Part shown: positions 45,838 through 59,260 of the stretch, piece after piece
Layout of the letters: each line of letters starts with the position of its first letter
How positions within the stretch are numbered: the first letter of the stretch is position 1
NCBI GenBank assembly: GCA_049724395.1
Contig: JAUGWO010000053.1
Span: 62,001-122,055, forward strand
Origin: Spongospora subterranea f. sp. subterranea
Lineage: Eukaryota
Length of the DNA: 60,055 nucleotides
Direction: 5' to 3'
Translations under genes and position numbers: made by a program
Notes under the pieces: model-generated
Seen by the model: the letters and a program-made list of their open reading frames with translations, nothing else
What the model was told of the DNA's origin: nothing
The model's database searches: none

Positions 45838-48222
45838 CAGTACCGGACATCTTAACACCACAGTCATTTCAAATTGGAAATCAGAAAGTGCGTACGCATA
45901 TAAAATATGCGCAACGGCGCAAAATATAAGTGCAACTGCACCTGTTTTCCCCAAATCAAAGATCGTTTATTATGCGAACTGGCAAGCTTCTATGACGCTT
46001 ATAAACTTTGACAGCATACTCTACTTGGCGCATGGTCAGTCTGTTGCCATCGGGACCATTAACGCGATAGGCGTCCATGTATCTGAAGCATTTGCGTGCA
46101 AACCGACGAATCTTGGACACGGTCACTGCCTGAAGTGCCAGGAAAACAACGCATTTCAAGTCCTTGAAGGAATAAGTACAGTTTCTTCGTGTGTAGCTCT
46201 TACACGCGGCCCAATACATTTCTATGAAGTTGAATTCATAATGGAACTTAGGATAGAAATCAACAATAAATCCATCGTGACACTCAACGACCTCATTCAA
46301 CCATTGCTTCTGTTGTTGAAAATCAGGTTGAGACTGCAGAATTTCACGAGATCCTTTTAAAGACATAGTGTTATCCCATAAGCTACGTTCTTTCAAAATT
46401 GAGCGGACCCCTTTTTGGATACCTGCTTCGGTCTGCATCTTTTGAATTATTTTGGCACCAGAGCCATCAACAAACCAACCATCTCGCTGGGGTCTTGTAT
46501 TGACTCCACCATCATTAAGATTGAGCACGCGCGCATTCAAGGCATTCGGAGGTAGAGACCGATGGTTTTGGGAATTATCGAACAGGAATAACGCGTGCGA
46601 TTCGGGGTGCAGAATCTTGAAAATCGGAATGACTTTCTTTTGAAGCTGGTTAACCAAATCAGCATTGGTCCAATAACCGTCGGCGTTCTTCCCAGGCTCG
46701 ATTATGGTTACGGTTGCTGACGGTATTAGAGGATGCAATGCTTGCAGTTGCGGTGATAATCTCATTGCACCATGGCATTGACATAAGAATTCCGATACCA
46801 TCAAACTCTTCCCTTCCCGTATGGGTAAATGATTTTCATCCATCCAGATGTGTTTTTTTCCATCATGAGAACTGAAACAAGATTCATCGTGAGTCACAAG
46901 AGCATCAGTTGCTTAACTCCGTCTGGAATGTCAGGGAATATTTCACCTTCCATATCGTCCCCATCGAACTTAATCATTCGTTCATCGTATTGCCTCATGC
47001 GCCGTAGAAAATTTTGTCGATATGACACAACGTCTGCCCTTTCGTGGCCATCTTGATACAACCCCTTCTGGTAACCCCCATATTTTAGTCCAAGAACATG
47101 CATCCATCTCGACGCAGTTCGTTCAGAGATAATGATCGGACGCGGCAACCCCAGTTGTAAATGAAGTGATTCCTGAACCCATTTTGAGAATGAAAGCGCT
47201 GAGATCAAATCGTGCCTTTGAGATCGAAGCCAACCTCGACAGTTAATGACAACGTCTTCTTCGTGAATAAACGATTTCACCTTGAAGTGCAAACCTTGGC
47301 TATGGTCGGGCAATCTCTGATTCTTTCTAAAAAATTCCGCCCATTTTCTGATAGTTCTACCGTGCCAGGTAGCACTTAAACTTGAATACATTTGCTGCCG
47401 ATTCGGACGATGCTTTTGTTCTCGAGAGTCCTTGAACAAGTCCTATAAAGTATTTCTCGAGGCTTTGATACCTAAGGAGATCATATTTGGTCACGTGGGC
47501 GAGCCGCTTTTCGTCTTTGATGTTCTTCGTCACTGATGTGAGGCGGGATAACAGTTGTAATGCGGTTGGTATGTTTATGAAAGTCTCATCCACTGCTTCC
47601 AGAGATTCCGCTTCAAAAACTTCGGCGACAATTTCAGCTGTTGCACTTCTCGGTTTGAACCAATTGGTAATTTTAGGGACGTTTGCGACTGAGTTGATAC
47701 GAGCTTGACGCTCTTTTTTGTCGCCGCCACCGAATGGTATCGCTATCACCGGAATAACACGAGCGAAGATGGGATCCAGCACCCTTTATCCAAACTAACG
47801 TTGATGTGTTAGCATCAACGGCTACGTCATCGTCATCATCGCAAATGACGTAGATTTCGTTGTCAGACGACTGACTACCTTCAAGACATACTTCCTCATC
47901 GTCAATAGTCGCAGGGATGCGTTTTAGATTCTGGATATTTCTAGCTTTGGCTAGCTGCTTCCATCGAGAGTTCTTGGGAGCCATTGTCAGCGGTTTGATG
48001 ATTTTTCAAGTTTTGAGTCCGGACTGCGCAGTAAAATTTGCGATCCTCGGGGTCACAATTTGCGCCACGGTGTGTAAGAATATGCGGCAATATGTGCGAA
48101 CGCACTTTGTGAGCATTTTGATTTTCCACCATATAAATTTCAAAAATGTTCTCTTACATACAAACTTTTGACTCTATCGGCGCAGCCGCTATTCAAGTTA
48201 AAAACAAAATCGAGGTGTCATA
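45838..48222 (-). mobile_element. IS630-Tc1-mariner-like element A, copy 1 (frameshifted long-spacer transposase)
   Basis: TA|CAGTACCGGACATCTTAAC terminus at 45838. Motifs DGHER, THDES, FLFDNS and FYPKFHYEFNFIE, with 118 aa between the second D and the E. The other TIR was not found. Confidence 0.85.
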
Positions 48223-48295
48223 TTGTTCAGAAGGCAAAAAGCTATCGATTAACACCTTCTAAACAGATTTATTGAGCTAGCTGAAGGCTGCAATA

Positions 48296-51156
48296 CAGTA
48301 ATTGTTCCTAATAAGACTATGTAATTCTAAGTCTGGGTTTTGGGGTCTTATACAAATGTTGGCCTTTGGGTCTAACGCCTTATTCAAGAGAATTTTTTTT
48401 CGGGGTGCCATTTTTAGCTTTATTGTTGATAAAATGTTTTCTTGTGTATGCAAGACCGGTTAACACTCAGATAACTGCCTTTTGTGATGGGTTCCCCGAA
48501 AGGATCCGTGCCAAACCTGCCCTCACAATACATCTCGCTGATCAGTACAACGACATCCGATTCTGCGACTTCAATGCCATGAAGAATCCTCCGCTGCAAG
48601 TGGACTGTTCCAGAGGCAATTAGAGCTTCATCAAAAATGATGAAGACTTCTTCATGGTCGCTTATTTTGCTGTCGTCCTTGTCGCATAGGTCTCCATCAT
48701 CGCTAGACCCTTCAAAATCGCTGAGGCCGCTGTCTCCAACACTGCCCTCATCGCTGCTGTCGAGGTTGATGACGAGGCTGGTGGCATTGACGTCGGGAAA
48801 CGAGTAATTTGGCAGTCCTTGCACATTGATCGCGTTTTGATGGCCATCGATTCTCAACAAACATCCAGTCTTCACGAAATATCTCTCATTGCGGCGACTG
48901 GATATAAGTTTTTCATAGGCGTCACCAGCCCATCTTGTCATCAGAATTCGTCGTTCTTTGGCACTGAACTTGCCATTCGACCACTTGTCTAAGAAACTGG
49001 GATCGTCCAATGCTTCGTCAAGGGCATTGCCCATCCAGTATTTTATGGATCTTCCGGGGCCCGCGTCAACTATATTCAGTATAAAGATAAATTAAACAAG
49101 AATTGTCCGCACAATTGTTGACGAGAATTACCAGGCTGAATGAGGTGCGTCAAATTGGGAGGAAGCAGATGTATCTCCCCCACATTGGTGTTCATGGCAT
49201 CAACAAAATCTGCCGAGATATGTGCATCCAGGTTATCGCATAACATTAACCGACGACGTTGCTCTGCAAACGCCGGATCGCTTTTATAGAGTTTCACAAT
49301 ATCGAGTGCAGTTACTGTGTCAACCCATGCGCATTTTTGGAATAAAACATTCACTCGTTTGTCCTGGAGTAATTATGAGACTCTCCCCGAAAATAAGAGC
49401 AAGGCCGCCTTACATATTCGTCAATTTCCGAAGATCTCATTATATATTTCCCTGTTCCGCGAAATATAATTATTGGCTTGGGCTGAATAGCATCATCATC
49501 CGCACACAACGTCAAATGCATGGTGGCTTGACGCTTTTCTAGGCCCGAACTCGGTTGTCGACACCAGACACGAACAGCGCCCTTATCATCTACTGTTCGG
49601 CTGTCGCCATCGCATATAAAGGGTAATGGAATCTGATCAAAATTAAAAACGTCCCTTTTGGCAAAGTGTCCATACACAGGATCGATGTGAGGAAGAGCAT
49701 TAAACTTCTCAAACAGCTCACAATGAAAGCGATAGATTGTTGGCCTGGCGTGAGCAATATCGGCCTGCTTGCGATTTGAGGATCGACGAATCGAAAAATT
49801 AGACCTCGGCAGGAATCCTTTGTAATACCAAGACCGTGACAACATGATTTGTGATGCATGACTCGGTTGAACTACAAGCGGCGTTTTTCGAATCTGGCGT
49901 GCCATAGATAAAATCCATGTTCTGTTCGCTTTCAATCCCAAACGGCGGCGGCCACGAACTTTTCTTGATAGCAATTCTTCAAGGTTCCGCAAAGATCCGA
50001 CCCATTCCCTGTTGAAAACCCCTTTTCGAGAGCGCCGTACTGGATCACACACCATTGATTCAATTATATTCCTTTGACCAAACCATTTCGTGAGTGTAAA
50101 TATTGGCACTCCAGTATTATCTGAAATAAGACTGATCGCAGAGGCTCTCTTGATCCGTCGGGACTTCATGAGGTCGTCGACGTTCCTGATATGCATGGCC
50201 TATTGCCATCGTTAAAGTTTCATGAAAAAAAAGAGCCGTAACATGCGTTCCAACCTTCTCCTCGAAAGTATACCGATGTCGCTTGACTGACCCATGGTTC
50301 GCTGCTTTCGACGCGGAGTCCTCGATATTTTCAGAAGTCAATGCCCGTGTATGTATTTTTGCATGCGATAAAAGCGCTGTCTTTGTCAGGCAGATTTTTT
50401 TACAAACTTCACAGGAAAACCGTTCGCTTATGGTTAGAGGACAAACCACTGCGATAAATTCGGCTCCGCTCTTTGATTTCAATCGCGACGGACCGAAGTA
50501 CTTGTGCAGCGTCGATTGGGTCAACGATTGTGAAGCCTCGTCAGTACAGGAGGCTTTTGAACACGAAGACATTCCGCTGCTACTGCGAGTGCTGATGGCG
50601 AATGATGTGACGTCAGAGGTTGACGGTGTCCTTCTAATGTCGGTGCTGATTTCAGATGATTCTGCGCCTGGAACAGTACTATTGGGAGCAGATACTGTTG
50701 CAGCTATTACCCCTTTCTTCAATTGCAAAAACTCATCATTGCTGATGGTGCCGTCAGCGCGGAGGTCTCTTAGCTCCTTCAGCTGATCCAAGAAAGACCC
50801 CATTAGCTTTTAAAGGATCAGAGACTGAGAGTGTATTCATGGACGATTGTGATCATGTCTCCGTGGGGCGTGGTTACCTCATGTCCAGGGGTGACTTGCG
50901 CCGGTGCCTTCCAGAGTTGCCTCCAAGATCCAAGTGCATTTGCCGATGGGCCGTGGCCGATGTCCTCCAACTCTACCAGTGTAGACCAGAATATTTCTAA
51001 TAAGACTATTTGACAACAATGTAGGGTTATGGGTAGTATTGAGTAAATTCTTTGTACTAAGACTTTTTTGGCTTTCGAACTTGGGTTTTGGGGTCTTACG
51101 ACCTAAAACTTGGGTTTTGACCTTAGTACAAATAGTCTTGATAGAAGTTTTTACTG
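48296..51156 (-). mobile_element. pogo-like DNA transposon C with imperfect TIRs and TA TSD
   Basis: TA|CAGTAATTGTTCCTAATAAGACTAT at 48296 and ATAGTCTTGATAGAAGTTTTTACTG|TA ending at 51156; subterminal TGGGTTTTGGGGTCTTA repeats at both ends. Confidence 0.8.
48420..50803 (-). CDS. pogo-type DD35D transposase with N-terminal SHOCT and C2H2 domains, 4 exons, ~738 aa
   Basis: Introns 50200-50254, 49364-49413 and 49070-49131 (all GT-AG) join four frames without a stop. Motifs LDQLKELRDLRADGTISNDEFLQLK, CEVC...HAKIH, CENP-B-like HTH, NFDQIP, CDNLDAH and LIQPVD. Confidence 0.88.
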
Positions 51157-52050
51157 TATACTCTTTGTGTATTAGATCCGATATCTGGTCCGTAAAGTCC
51201 GTCAGGAACTCCGTTGCCAGCTATATCCAATACAACATAGGGTCAATACGTTGACACATATGTTACACTTCCTTTTTTTTAGAAATGCCCCACCCATGAG
51301 AATTTTAGATAAAAATCCGAAATATCCTGAAGCCAGGTTGCGTCTATAATTATTATGCAAAAAAAAAGGAATCTTTTACAAGTAGGTTATACTTTCCCTA
51401 ATCAATATCGTTTCTGATATTAATCTAGTCCTAACTGACTATCTTGTTAGAGACCATGAATGAATCCTCATCCAAGGCACTGTGAGACTTTCACTCACTA
51501 AACCAAAAAAATCATAACAATATCGCAACACTGCTTCAATCATATCGTAGGCTAACTGTGGGCTCTCAGTTTCCGACGCCTGGGATATGACTTGGCCTTT
51601 CGCTTCAACTCTGGTGAAGCAACCACATCAGTTGATCTGTCCATCAATTTCTCCAACAAAACCTCAATCTGACTTCTCAGTGAATGAGTTTTGTTTGCAA
51701 TCAAGATTCTTGGACCAATGTCCTTGCATCCTGAGCAACTTGCTTTAATGGCTCCCAGGAATTTTCGGTCTCTGAAAATCCCAACCATTTTACTGATGCT
51801 ACGAGCGATTGAGATTTCGAATCCACTTTCACGTTCACAATAAACTCTGCTTCAAATGTAGCATTGTCAAATGCAAACTGATTCTTAAACTCCTCAGTAA
51901 CATTCATCTTCGAATCGTCATAAAATCGGATTCTATCTCCATGAACTTTCCGCATTGACTTATCACCTAAGGGTCCGTCTGGATGTCCACGGAACTCAAT
52001 TTCATGGCCAAACCCATGAAATAGGGTAACATTATCATGGGTTAGCCTAA
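51157..52050 (-). mobile_element. 3' end of a chromodomain-bearing gypsy retrotransposon (chromodomain, PPT, start of 3' LTR)
   Basis: VKWLGFSETENSWEP chromodomain. On the minus strand AAAAAAAAGGAAG directly precedes TGTAAC at ~51267. Confidence 0.75.
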
Positions 52051-52142
52051 CCCATGATATTGCGTGAGTTTCGTACTGTCTGGATGACATAACCTGACGA
52101 CTGACGCAAGGCATTTGGCGGGAATTTTGGAATTTCGCAATT

Positions 52143-52975
52143 GTGTTGATGTCACAGCAATTGGCAACACGGCAACTGGTCGCCCGGCGAAAACGCAACA
52201 GTGCAATTCGCCAAATTCTCAGCTGGTACTGCTGGAGATATCTGATAAAGCAGCCCAGTCATACCTCCATTTTAAAAGGGGCAGGCTGGGTTGAAGAACT
52301 TTTGAACGGCAATCCTCACAGAAGAAAACATGTTATTCGTATGGATCGAGTCGTTTTTCGATTATTGGTGGACAAGCTGGTTGAATCTGGGCTACTACAA
52401 CCCACTCGTAATGTTTCCTCCGAAGAGCAGGTAGTCCTGTTCTTGTATTTTGCGGGCCAAAGGGCAACCAATAGGCAAATGCAGGAGAGATTTCAGCATT
52501 TGGGAGAGACTATAACTAGGTAAATTTTGCCATAAGTCTTCAGAGCAATATTTCAATTTTTATTCTAGGCATTTATACGCAGTCGTCAAAGCTTTGGTGG
52601 CTTTGGCTTACTTACATAAAGCTTCCGGAAGCAGATGCCGCGATTCCTTGTGAAATATCTGAAAACTCCAAATTCAGCCCTTATTTTGACAATTGTCGGA
52701 TGGCCATAGATGGTACTCATTTACCTGTATTTGTTCCCGCCAATGTTGCGCAACGGTTCCGAGGCCGAAAAGGATTGACGCAGAATGTGTTGGCTGCTTG
52801 CACTTTTGATTTACAATTTACATACGTCTTGGCTGGCTGGGAGGGCACGGCAGGGGACGGCAAATTGCTTGAAAATGCTCTACTGAATGATTACCGAGTC
52901 GATCAAGGAAAGTTTGACCTGGGAGATGCTGGTTTTGCGTTGACTCCGTACATGCTAACTCCACTCCGCTTTAGA
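52143..52975 (+). mobile_element. Truncated PIF/Harbinger (HARBI1-like) transposase
   Basis: GWVEELL, EEQVVLFLY, ERFQH.GETI, then after an intron AIDGTH, QNVLAAC.FD..F.YVLAGWEG and LGDAGF; C-terminus missing. Confidence 0.88.
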
Positions 52976-53356
52976 CTGCGCAAGTCACATATCGAAATGA
53001 TGACGATCGAAATCGAGTCTTATGAAGGGTTGGAGTGAACTACTACCATTGGTGGTAATGGAGGGATGCACTGTGGAGTCTTCCCCTGTGATACTCCCAC
53101 CAAATGGAGACAGTTGACTGACAACAAAACTTCTCTCCAATTGGGAAAACCTGGTTTTTCCTTTAGGAGACATTGGTGGCTTTACTTAACCGTCAAAAGT
53201 TCTGTAAGACACTGGAATCGAACACAGCTGATTTATCAGCAATTGAGCATACCTATACATTGTCTTTCAATGTCAATTTATTGGAGATCGGATATTTGGA
53301 TATGGTGGCAATGGGCTACCCATAGGAATGAGGAAGAATTCACTGATAGGAACTGG

Positions 53357-53974
53357 GAAATGTACAATTTTCGGAGAATGGAAAAGCCAATATACTGGAA
53401 GAAGCAAAGAACAGGAGGACATAGCACCGGATTACATACCACATGTAGCCTTACAATTGATAACAACAAATATATATTTAAAGATGTAATCGGTATAGGC
53501 AACTGTGCATTAGAAGCAACTCGAACGTCAGGAGCAATACCAGACATGACTGTACTGCAATTACGTAGAGACATATGTGGCTTTGCCAGAGACCCAAACC
53601 AGGGAAGAACAATAGCGACAAAAATACTGAACTACGCCGGATCAATACCCAACAATGAAAATTTTACTCTTGATGAATATCTTGACATAATGGAACAGGA
53701 CCGGCAATGGGCTGGATTGTTCGAATTTACACTAAAACCCGTTTATGTATAAGATCAACATAATCATAATCAGTCAGGCAACAAAATCTCTGACCACAAA
53801 TATACAGAAATGGATAGAATCGTCTTTTCCGAAATTACGAGACAGAGTTAATTGGAAGAGTACGATATATGTATTGCACCACATGAATGGAAGACCATCA
53901 ACACCGATGGGACATAGTAGACTGAATCATTATGGGACGTTATTTCCAATTGATGAAGACACTCTGATCGATAG
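53357..53974 (+). pseudogene. OTU-like cysteine protease (deubiquitinase) domain, frameshifted
   Basis: VIGIGNCALEA (G.GNC Cys loop), LRRDIC, QWAG and, in the next frame, NHYGTL (catalytic His); cut by element B. Confidence 0.6.
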
Positions 53975-53976
53975 TA

Positions 53977-56461
53977 CAGTAGCGGAAACCTTAACTCTGT
54001 ACTTTGTTTCAATCTCAAATCTGAAAAATGCGCGCAGTTTTATATAGTGCGTGAGGAAAATTGAAAATATTCTGATTTATTCGAGGTTTTGCAACATGCG
54101 CAGAGGAATCTTGCGATGACCGCGGTACTGTTTGACTGCAAACTCAATTTGTTTGTGATTGAGAGAATTACCGTTCGGTCCGGTGGCGCGGTAAGCGTCC
54201 ATGTACCGATAGGATTTACGAGCGAACTTCCTAATTTTGCCTATAGAAACACTCTTGAGGGCTTCTGGAACCAGTTGAACTAATTCGTCAAAACGAAATG
54301 TGCATCGAGCTCTTGAAAACGCTTTGGCTGCACCCCAAAACATTTCAATAAAATTAAACTCACAGTGATACTTGGGATAGAAATCGACGAATAATCCCTG
54401 ATAATTACGGTTTCTTGCAGCCACTCCATCTGGCTTTTGAAATCTGGTTGCTCCTTCAATAGGTTTTTGGCTTCTTGGACTGAAAGTCCAGGAATCCACA
54501 AATCTCTCTCCAATAGAACACGCTTGAGGCCCTTCGAGAGTCCATTCTCAGTCGTCATGGTCTGTTCGATGCGCTCTCCGTTGCTGTCGATGTACCATCC
54601 AGACCGCATGATTCTGGCATTTCGCCCTCCATCGCTCATATTCATCTTGCTTACAGACAATGCGTCTGGAGCAATTGCATGATGGTTTTGCGAATTGTCA
54701 AACATGAAGATTCCATCACAACCAGGATGCAGAAACTGGAATATCGGTATTGCCTTTTCTTTCAACTGCTGAACAAGGTCACAGGTCACAGTTTCTCCAA
54801 TAACCTTCAGCGTTTGCACCAGGTTTCAAGAAAACAGTCGAATCCTGAGGGACGACAGGGTTAAGGGCTTGCTGGCTATCCGACAATCGCAGGAGACCAT
54901 GGCATTCACAGAGAAATGCTGATACCATCAGGCTTCTGCCGTTACCTTTAGGACGAATCTCCCTCTTGTCTTCGTTTATCCAAACAAAAGAACGTCCATC
55001 ATTTGATCCAAAACAGGATTCATCATGAGTCACCAGCACCAGAGGCCGTTCTCCTTGATTGAGTTTCGGGGCGACATCATTTTCCATGAAGTCTCCTTCG
55101 TATGACGTCATTCGTCTTTCATATGAAAGCATTCGGTCTAAAAATCTTTGGCGGTATTGAATAACATCAGGTCGCTCATGACCATCGTTGTAAAACCCTT
55201 TACAGAACTTGCCAAAACGAAGCCCCATTATATTCAACCACCGTTGGCCCGTCCTGGAAGAAAGAGACACTGGGGAATCAAAACCCAGTTTCAAATGAAG
55301 GTTTTCCTTGACCCAATGCACCAGAGTCGAGCTTGTGAGCCCAACCTGAGACTGCACCACAATGAATCCAATCCTAACTATTCGCTGAACATCTTCGTCG
55401 TTGATCAAAGATTGAATTTTGACGAATTTGCCTTGATTTAGAACAGGCAACTCTCCCTTGTCAATAAAATACAGTGCAGATTGTCGGATCAAGCGGCCAG
55501 TGTGAACAACGTTGCGGTCAGGGAAAAACTGGGATGCAATTCGTTGCGATGACAAAATTTTAGGTTTCTTCGCCATCAAATCCGCTAAATATTGCTTGAT
55601 CGACAACAATCGAACAAAATCCCACCGCGTCACGTCTTTGTGGCGATGTTCCAAGTTGCGGTTCGGACGGAGTTCGGTTAATGCTTCCAGCTTTTCAAAA
55701 ACGTCGCAAATCTTGCTCTCTGACGTAATACGAGGTGGTTCATCAGGTGAGAAATACTTGGTAATTTTCACACAATCTTTGATCACCTCATGACGCCGTT
55801 CCTTTTCTTGCCGTCGTCGCCATTGTGTCGTCCGACTGTATTTGAAGTACGAGGATCGCAAATGAGAGCCGGCACCTTCTTTCCAGGATATTAATGAGCT
55901 CCAGTCCGGAAGCTGCATCTTCTCGCTTGAATTTTCAAGGATTATGATTTCATCTTCCGACTCTTCAGCAGCGCAGACCTGGGATTCGGGTTCAATGCTT
56001 TGGCTAGTTCGCCTCATCAGAGCAGCAAGCTTGGAAGCAGCAGCGAGCTTTCGACAATTTACTGTGTTATTCTTTGGCCTAGCCATTCGTAAAGTTTCAG
56101 TGAAAGAGTCGGGCAAGGTGGTCGACGAAAGTTGTTCAATGAAAGTGCGCCGATTTCAGCACCGTGACGCAAAACGTAATTTTTGCGTCACGGCGCACTT
56201 ATGTAACTGCGCGCGCAACTTTTTGTCGGTTTTTGTTTTTGCTCATAGAGGTTTCAAAATGTCCTGCTGTCTTTCAACTTATGAAGTTTATATCTCAGTC
56301 ACAATTCAACATTTTTGAAAAAACGAAACGGCGACTGGTTCAGATTATTGAGAACGCCAATTTGCCGTGTCGTTTGTTTGATTTATTCATAACGGGATGC
56401 GCCTATTAACCACGGACTTTTCTCCCTCACAACAATTACAGAGTTAAGGTGTCCGCTACTG
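53977..56461 (-). mobile_element. IS630-Tc1-mariner-like element B, full length, frameshifted transposase
   Basis: 25-bp TIRs CAGTAGCGGA(A/C)ACCTTAACTCTGTA with TA on both sides. Motifs DGHERPDV, THDES, FMFDNSQNH and YPKYHCEFNFIE. A 7-bp GGTCACA duplication at ~54780 shifts the frame. Confidence 0.93.
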
Positions 56462-58893
56462 TAGCTCAATAAATCTGTGAAGGTGTCGATACAGCTTTTT
56501 GCCTTCTGAACAATATGACACCTCGATTGTGTTATTAACTTGAATAGCGGCTGCGCCGATAGAGTCCAAAGTTTGTATGTGAGAGAACATTTTTGAAATT
56601 TATATGGTGGAAAATCAAAATGCTCACAAAGTGCGTGCGCACATATTGTCGCATATTCTTACACACCGTGGCGCAAAGGATTGCAAATTTTACTGCGCCG
56701 TCCGGACTCAAAACTTGAAAATCATCAAACTGCTGACAATGGCTCCCAAGTTCTCTCGATGGAAGCAGCTAGCCAAAGCTAAAAAGATCCAGAATCTAAA
56801 ATGCATCCCTGCGACTATTGACGAGGAGGAAGTATGTCTTGAAGGTAGTCAGTCGTCTGACAACGAAAGCTACGTCATTTGCGATGTTGACGATGACGTA
56901 GCCGTTGATGCTAACACATCAACGTTAGTTTGTATAAATGGTGCTGGATCTCATCTTCGCTCGTGTTATTCCGGTGATAGCGATACCACTCGGTGGCGGC
57001 GAGAAAAAGAGCGTCAAGCTCGTATCAACTCAGTCGCAAACGTCCCTAAAATTACCATTTGGTTCAAACCGAGAAGTGCAACAGCTGAAATTGTTGCCGA
57101 AGTTTTTGAAGCGGAATCTCCGGAAGCAGTGGACGAGACTTTCATAGACATACAAACCGCATTACAACTGTTATCCCGCCTCACATCAGTGACGAAGAAC
57201 ATCAATGACGAAAAGCGGCTCGCCCACGTGACCAAATATGATCTCCTTAGGTATCAAAGCATCGAGAAATACTTTATAGGACTTGTTCAAGGAATCTCGA
57301 GAACAAAAGCATCGTCCGAATCGGCAGAAAGTATTTCCAAGTTTAAGTGCTACTTGGCACGGTAGAACTATCAGAAAATGGGCGGAATTTTTTAGAAAGA
57401 ATCAGAGATTGCCCGACCATAGCCAAGGTTTGCACTTCAAGGTGAAATCGTTTATTCACGAAGAAGACGTTGTCATTAACTGTCGAGGTTGGCTTCGATC
57501 TCAAAGGCACGATTTGATCTCAGCGCTTTATTCTCAAAATGGGTTCAGGAGTCACTTCATTTACAACCGGGGTTGCCGCGCCCAATCATTATCTCTGAAC
57601 GAACTGCGTCGAGATGGATGCATGTTCTTGGACTAAAATATGGGGGTTACCAGAAGGGGTTGTATCAAGATGGCCACGAAAGGGCAGACGTTGTGTCATA
57701 TCGAGAAGATTTTCTACAGCGCATGAGGCAATACGATGAACGAATGATCAAGTTCGATGGGGACGATATGGAAGGTGAAATATTTCCTGACATTCCAGAC
57801 GGAGTTAAGCAACTGGTTCTTGTGAGTCACGATGAATCTTGTTTCAGTTCTCATGATGGAAAAAAACACATCTGGATGGATGAAAATCATTTACCCATAC
57901 GTCCCAAAAGGGGAAGGGAAGAGTTTGATGGTATCGGAATTCTTATGTCAATGCCATGGTGCAATGAGATTATCACCGCAACTGCAAGCATTGCATCCTC
58001 TAATACCGTCAGCAACCGTAACCATAATCGAGCCTGGGAAGAACGCCGACGGTTATTGGACCAATGCTGATTTGGTTAACCAGCTTTAAAAGAAAGTCAT
58101 TCCGATTTTCAAGATTCTGCACCCCGAATCGCACGCATTATTCCTGTTCGATAATTCTCAAAACCATCGGTCTCTACCTCCGAATGCCTTGAATGCCCGC
58201 GTGCTCAATCTTAGTGATGGTGGAGTCAAGACAAGACCCCAGCGAGATGGTTGGTTTGTTGATGGCTCTGGTGCCAAAATAATTCAAAAGATGCAGACCG
58301 AAGCCGTTATCCAACAAGGGGTCCGCTCAATTTTGAAAGCACGTAGCTTATGGGATAACACTATGTCTTTGAATAAATCTCGTGAAATTCTGCAGTCTCA
58401 ACCTGATTTTCAACAACAGAAGCAATGGTTGAATGAGGTCGTTGAGTGTCACGATGGATTTATTGTTGATTTCTATCCTAAGTTCCATTGTGAATTTTCA
58501 ACTTCATAGAAATGTATTGGGCCGCGTGTATGAGCTACACACGAAGAAACTGTACTTATTCCTTCAAGGACTTGAAATGCGTTGTTCCCCTGGCACTTCA
58601 GGCAGTGACCGTGTCCCAGATTCGTCGGTTGGCACGCAAATGCTTCAGATACATGGACGCCTATCGCGTTAATGGTCCCGATGGCAACAGACTGACCATG
58701 CGCCAAGTAGAGTATGCTGTCAAAGTTTATAAGCGTCATAGAAGCTTGCCAGTTCGCATAATAAACGATCTTTGATTTGGGGACAACAGGTGCAGTTGCA
58801 CTTATATTTCGCGCCGTTGCGCATATTTTATCTGCGTACGCACTTTCGTATTTCCAATTTGAAATGACTGTGGTGTTAAGATGTCCGGTACTG
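56462..58893 (+). mobile_element. IS630-Tc1-mariner-like element A, copy 2 (inverted relative to copy 1)
   Basis: Highly similar to the reverse complement of 45838-48280; ends GTTAAGATGTCCGGTACTG|TA at 58893; carries its own frameshifts and a TAA. Confidence 0.9.
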
Positions 58894-58984
58894 TACTTTT
58901 ATCGATGTGATGCACGATGATGCAGATAAATTGCCGCGCACTTTTTCCGACTTCGTGACTCAACCCAAAGAATTTTATCATTAA

Positions 58985-59250
58985 ATGATGACGCAAACGG
59001 GAATTTAATACAAACAGAGATTCTATTAACAATGACTCAACCGGGGTTTTATCGTCGATGACGCAAACGGGAATTCAACAGAAGTTCTATTCAACAATGA
59101 CTCAACCGGGGGTTTTATCATCTCGGAATTCCAGAAGGACTCAACCGGACGGGAATTCTATCAACAATGACTCCAATGGGGGTTCTATAATGACCCAATG
59201 GGGTTAATCAACAATGATCCAACGGGCGGGTTATCCACAGTGGGTTTTAT
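58985..59250 (+). repeat. Degenerate array of short repeats
   Basis: Recurrent AACAATGACTCAACCGGGG and GATGACGCAAACGGGAATT motifs. Confidence 0.8.
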
Positions 59251-59260
59251 AAAAAATAAT

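Noticed and set aside
45838..58893. Fanzor/TnpB cargo in the Tc1/mariner-like elements
   Set aside because: No RuvC motifs or terminal zinc finger; the transposase ORFs fill the elements.
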